A DNA stretch of 64,000 nt from a phage, in NCBI GenBank assembly GCA_019234695.1, contig GCA_019234695.1_3937.1. The stretch is one strand, 5' to 3'. The notes below the pieces were generated by a model. The model was not told where the DNA came from. It searched no databases and worked only from the letters and a program-made list of their open reading frames with translations. Shown one piece after another: positions 60,574 through 64,000 of this stretch. The translations under genes were made by a program, and so were the position numbers. Numbering within the stretch: the stretch's first letter is position 1; every line of letters begins with the position of its first letter.

Positions 60574-61674
60574 TTATTCATAATCCCTAATAACTAGCCC
60601 GACAGGGAACTGTAAAGAACCCTTACGAGTCATCTTCTGGAACTGTACCGTTAAAGGCTTCCCGATAAACTCTTCAGGATGCTCAGCAAGATACTGTTTC
60701 TTCTCGTGTGTAGTTTTCCATGAAACATCTACAAAGACGTTAGGAAGAGTCTCTACAACGAACTTACCATGACCACGTTTATCAGTCTTTACACCAGTCA
60801 CTTTAAACTCTTCAGTGTGCATCTTCTTGTGCTTAATCAAGAAGTATGAACGGTGACCGCACTCATAGAATGAGTTTTCAGAGATTGAACGGTACATTGC
60901 ACCTTCAAACTTAGCTTCAACCCACTTATCATGAGCTTCATCAAACTCTTCCCAAGAGTTAACACGGCGAGACTTGACAGGAACAACTTTACAGCCATCT
61001 CTAAAGTCATTCAATGGTGAAGTCTCAATAATATCTCTACGCTCAGGCCACGTCTTAGTACTGTCACAGATATCGTACCAGTAGAACTGGAGTAGATGTC
61101 GGTCTGGATTGTCAGCATTCTTAATCATAGACACAATATCTTCTAAGTCCCAACCGTGAGCATAAATCTCACCATCAAAGTCTTCGACTTGTGGGTGCAA
61201 TTTAAGCAACAAAAGCAAATCTGGGATTAGTTCTGCTGGGACGTTGTAAACAGTATTCTCACGAGAGTAAGCCGTGAAACTAACTGAGTCATTATTTCTT
61301 GAAATTCTACAACGGACACCATCAAGTTTTGGTTGAGCATCAGCAGGAAATATCAAATACTTTGCATGACTAACCTTTGCAGCATCATGAGCAAGCTGTA
61401 CACCTACCTTCTCAGTATTCTGTGCAGACTCTTTCGTGTAAGCATAACCTTTACGGTCAACTTGCTTTTTATACTTAGCAGCAACTTCAAAGAGAGCTTG
61501 CTGTTCAGCATTACGTTCATTCTTTTTACCGATGTTTTTAGGTTCTGCTGTATACTCTTCAAACATCATCTTGCCATTTTCTTTACCATAGGTTGTAATA
61601 ACTTTGTTACCTATAGCACCGCATGACCAGATGTTGAAGGAACCGTCTTTATTTTGTTTGTACAGTGTTGTCAT
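60574..61674 (-). CDS. ATP-dependent DNA ligase
   Basis: KxDGxR adenylation motif PKLDGVRC; start moved to ATG (MTTLYKQ) after AGAGGA RBS. Confidence 0.7.
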   Translation of the reverse strand: MTTLYKQNKDGSFNIWSCGAIGNKVITTYGKENGKMMFEEYTAEPKNIGKKNERNAEQQALFEVAAKYKKQVDRKGYAYTKESAQNTEKVGVQLAHDAAKVSHAKYLIFPADAQPKLDGVRCRISRNNDSVSFTAYSRENTVYNVPAELIPDLLLLLKLHPQVEDFDGEIYAHGWDLEDIVSMIKNADNPDRHLLQFYWYDICDSTKTWPERRDIIETSPLNDFRDGCKVVPVKSRRVNSWEEFDEAHDKWVEAKFEGAMYRSISENSFYECGHRSYFLIKHKKMHTEEFKVTGVKTDKRGHGKFVVETLPNVFVDVSWKTTHEKKQYLAEHPEEFIGKPLTVQFQKMTRKGSLQFPVGLVIRDYE

Positions 61675-61675
61675 T

Positions 61676-61867
61676 TTATTCCTCTGAGTGATACCAAGTA
61701 TTGCAAGCATTACATGCGTAAAGTTCTAAGTCATTTTTATCTGGTTTATGGAAACAGTTTGCTCCGCAGTGGCAACGAAACGGCTTTCCACCAACTGTCA
61801 GGATGAAGGATTGAACCTTTCCATCTGGAGTTCGTATAGCATTTTTATACTTATCTTCTTTGTTCAT
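61676..61867 (-). CDS. small zinc-ribbon protein
   Basis: CHCGANC ... CNACNTW. Confidence 0.4.
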   Translation of the reverse strand: MNKEDKYKNAIRTPDGKVQSFILTVGGKPFRCHCGANCFHKPDKNDLELYACNACNTWYHSEE

Positions 61868-62022
61868 TTATCTCTTACCTTTGTCAGATTTCATATATGA
61901 CATGTTACTACGCCTTTTAATGAAATGCACAACGCATTTTGGTGTATCTTTTGCATCTTTAATGTACAGCCTTTCGAAACTGTGTACTGTGAAGATTGCA
62001 TCTGTCATTGTTTGCTTGGATT

Positions 62023-62232
62023 TCATTTTCTTTTACCACCAATCTCTACGTCAATAACTTGAACATCGCCAGCAACATCAAACTTATGAATGATGCTTTC
62101 CACAGTGTAAGTCCAACCCTCGATGCGAACCAACTCACCTTCTCGTGGGACGATTGGGTTACGTTGAGCTACGGTTGTAGTGGAGTGAACAACATCATAA
62201 CAATAGATATAGTTTACTAGGACTTCCATCGT
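62023..62232 (-). CDS. hypothetical small protein
   Basis: ORF 62023..62328 trimmed to ATG (MEVLV) after GAGG RBS to avoid overlap. Confidence 0.35.
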   Translation of the reverse strand, partial: TMEVLVNYIYCYDVVHSTTTVAQRNPIVPREGELVRIEGWTYTVESIIHKFDVAGDVQVIDVEIGGKRK

Positions 62233-62239
62233 GAAAACC

Positions 62240-62497
62240 TCACTCAATAACCGTAGTGTGTGATTGACCATTTTTCCCATAACTATAAGATGTTGTTGTT
62301 TGAGAGTTTGGACATCTGACAACAACAATATCTCTGCTTATGGCATCACCATGTAACTTATAGACTTTGCAATCTTGCATCTCTGGTGGGAGGCTATAAG
62401 AAGCGTTTTTGTCCTCGTAAGAGGGGTTGCAGCCAGATAGAAAAATTACTCCAAGTGCAACCATTACTTTCACACAACTCTTAACCTTATTGTTCAC
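62240..62497 (-). CDS. lipoprotein
   Basis: signal peptide with lipobox LSGC. Confidence 0.55.
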   Translation of the reverse strand: MNNKVKSCVKVMVALGVIFLSGCNPSYEDKNASYSLPPEMQDCKVYKLHGDAISRDIVVVRCPNSQTTTSYSYGKNGQSHTTVIE

Positions 62498-62629
62498 GAT
62501 AGTCTACCTCTCTGTATGTTTTTAAATAGTGGGTAATGAGTTCTGGTAATTCACTACGTTTAACGTTTGAACGAAGAAGTGTCCAGTCAAAACCTTTACC
62601 AACCCTTCCCCAGAGACTGTACATTTTCT

Positions 62630-62863
62630 TCATAGCAACTCCAGAATATCAATACGTTCACCTTTAAGTACTCCAGTACGGTCTTTTGCAATCTTACCGT
62701 CAACGATAAGGATGTGTGTAGACCTTAAAGCGTCGTTGTTAAAGGTTTTTACGAACTTGCTAGGCATGACTACAATGGACATCTCCTGAATTAACTCTGG
62801 AGTGTAGCAGTTATCATGAAGTTGCTGAATAACGTCTGCAAGTGTCATTTTTGATGTCTCCAA
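62630..62863 (-). CDS. hypothetical small protein
   Basis: ORF track. Confidence 0.4.
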   Translation of the reverse strand: METSKMTLADVIQQLHDNCYTPELIQEMSIVVMPSKFVKTFNNDALRSTHILIVDGKIAKDRTGVLKGERIDILELL

Positions 62864-63054
62864 TATTCAATATCTACAAGTTCTTGTGCAATGCTTTTCA
62901 GATTACCTTTCAAGAAAACCTTCTCAGAACCTGAAAGAGATGAATTGTCAATCAACCTGTTTATTCTCTCAAACAACTTCTGCTTACGATTCTTGATAGT
63001 TTCCTTTGAAGCACCTTTCATCATTGCTGCATGGGTTCTTCCACGGTGGCTCAT
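62845..63054 (-). CDS. hypothetical small basic protein
   Basis: ORF track. Confidence 0.35.
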   Translation of the reverse strand: MSHRGRTHAAMMKGASKETIKNRKQKLFERINRLIDNSSLSGSEKVFLKGNLKSIAQELVDIEYWRHQK

Positions 63055-63115
63055 AAGCCCTCCTATATAAGATATTGTATAAGGTACTCTTCCATGAGTA
63101 CCTTGTCAATACTAA

Positions 63116-64000
63116 TTAGTGCACTTCAAGCCAGCTTTTACCAACCTTACCAGTACCTGTTACAAGTGTTTCTTTCTTAAGACCTAAATTCTTAGAAGCT
63201 TGTCCATAATACCAGTCAGTAACTGCTTTCACTTCTGCCGTCATACTTTCTGGACATTCCCAGCTTGTTTCATCGTGATATGCGCAGAGCAAACGAGCAC
63301 CAATAGCTGGTTTACGACCATTTAACTTCATCAAACCTTCGTCAATCATACGACGACAAGCAAGGTTAATTGCCTCATTTTGAATCTGAGCCTCTGAACC
63401 CATCAAAAGATAGTTCAACAGTTTGTGTGGAGATTTACACCACAACCAAGCTCCAGCAACCTTTACAAATCCCCCTTTAGAGATTGCAGCGGTCTTACCA
63501 AAAACCTCTTCAAGTGCCTTTTTAGTCGCTTTGTAGTCAGCTTCCAAGTCATCTAGCAACTTCTTAATTTTAGGCAAACGAATAAAGTAAGTCTGTTTAG
63601 TCAGTGCACCTTCCTGAGTAGTTGCAGCTTTAATTGTCTTAGCAAACTTCTCATCACCTGCACCGAACAGCAGTGCATAGATACCATTCTTAGCTTTCTT
63701 ACGACCTTTGCTAATCTCATGAAGAAGATTCTCATCCTGAGTAGCTCGACAAGTCAAGATATCCTGCTCATCATTCAAGCTAAAGTAAATACTGTTCAGT
63801 GTATGTGCATCAGTCCCTGAATAGACAACGTACAGGTCATTCTCAGAGTCATAGCGAAGGTACTTATCAATCTCTGGGTTTAGGTACTCATCAAAATGTT
63901 TGCAGTAATAGCGTCCATCTTCTTGACGAATAAACTCAATCTCTTCTTTACCTTGCGTTACCGCTTTGGTGAAGTCTTTGTCACCCATAAAGTTACAAAG
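63116..64000 (-). CDS. family-A DNA polymerase, C-terminal part (N-terminus beyond window edge)
   Basis: motif B-like RKKAKNGIYALLFGAG, motif C-like LLCAYHDE, C-terminal VTGTGKVGKSWLEVH resembling Klenow end; frame stays open to position 64000. Confidence 0.6.
   Translation of the reverse strand, partial: LCNFMGDKDFTKAVTQGKEEIEFIRQEDGRYYCKHFDEYLNPEIDKYLRYDSENDLYVVYSGTDAHTLNSIYFSLNDEQDILTCRATQDENLLHEISKGRKKAKNGIYALLFGAGDEKFAKTIKAATTQEGALTKQTYFIRLPKIKKLLDDLEADYKATKKALEEVFGKTAAISKGGFVKVAGAWLWCKSPHKLLNYLLMGSEAQIQNEAINLACRRMIDEGLMKLNGRKPAIGARLLCAYHDETSWECPESMTAEVKAVTDWYYGQASKNLGLKKETLVTGTGKVGKSWLEVH

Overview
The window is a contiguous 64 kb segment of a virulent tailed dsDNA phage genome, most likely a myovirus with a Felix-O1-like (Ounavirinae-type) mosaic layout; that assignment is an inference from gene content, not a database hit. 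Left to right: (1) rIIA and rIIB, then a rightward early region with a secreted SLT-like protein, an overlapped spanin-like pair, a TARG1-like macro-domain protein and 11 small ORFs driven by repeated promoter/stem-loop/RBS cassettes; (2) a 1.7 kb ORF-free region packed with degenerate CTGTTAAG-type iterons; (3) a leftward block of about 18 tightly packed genes including a GH24 endolysin and an Ig-domain protein; (4) a Ro60-like protein gene directly upstream of a cluster of 27 tRNA genes covering all 20 amino acids, interspersed with a covarying family of hairpin RNAs, one carrying a permuted tRNA-like module (candidate Ro/Y-RNA module); (5) a rightward structural module (large terminase, portal, protease-scaffold, decoration protein, major capsid, sheath, tube, tape measure, baseplate, two His-X-His tail fibres); (6) a leftward block with thymidylate synthase, DHFR, DNA ligase and the C-terminus of a family-A DNA polymerase cut by the window edge, separated by two G-depleted repeat regions with conserved-loop hairpins. 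No CRISPR array, integrase or transposase was seen. All calls come from reading the sequence and ORF track by eye; tRNA boundaries and isotypes were folded manually and need tRNAscan-SE confirmation.
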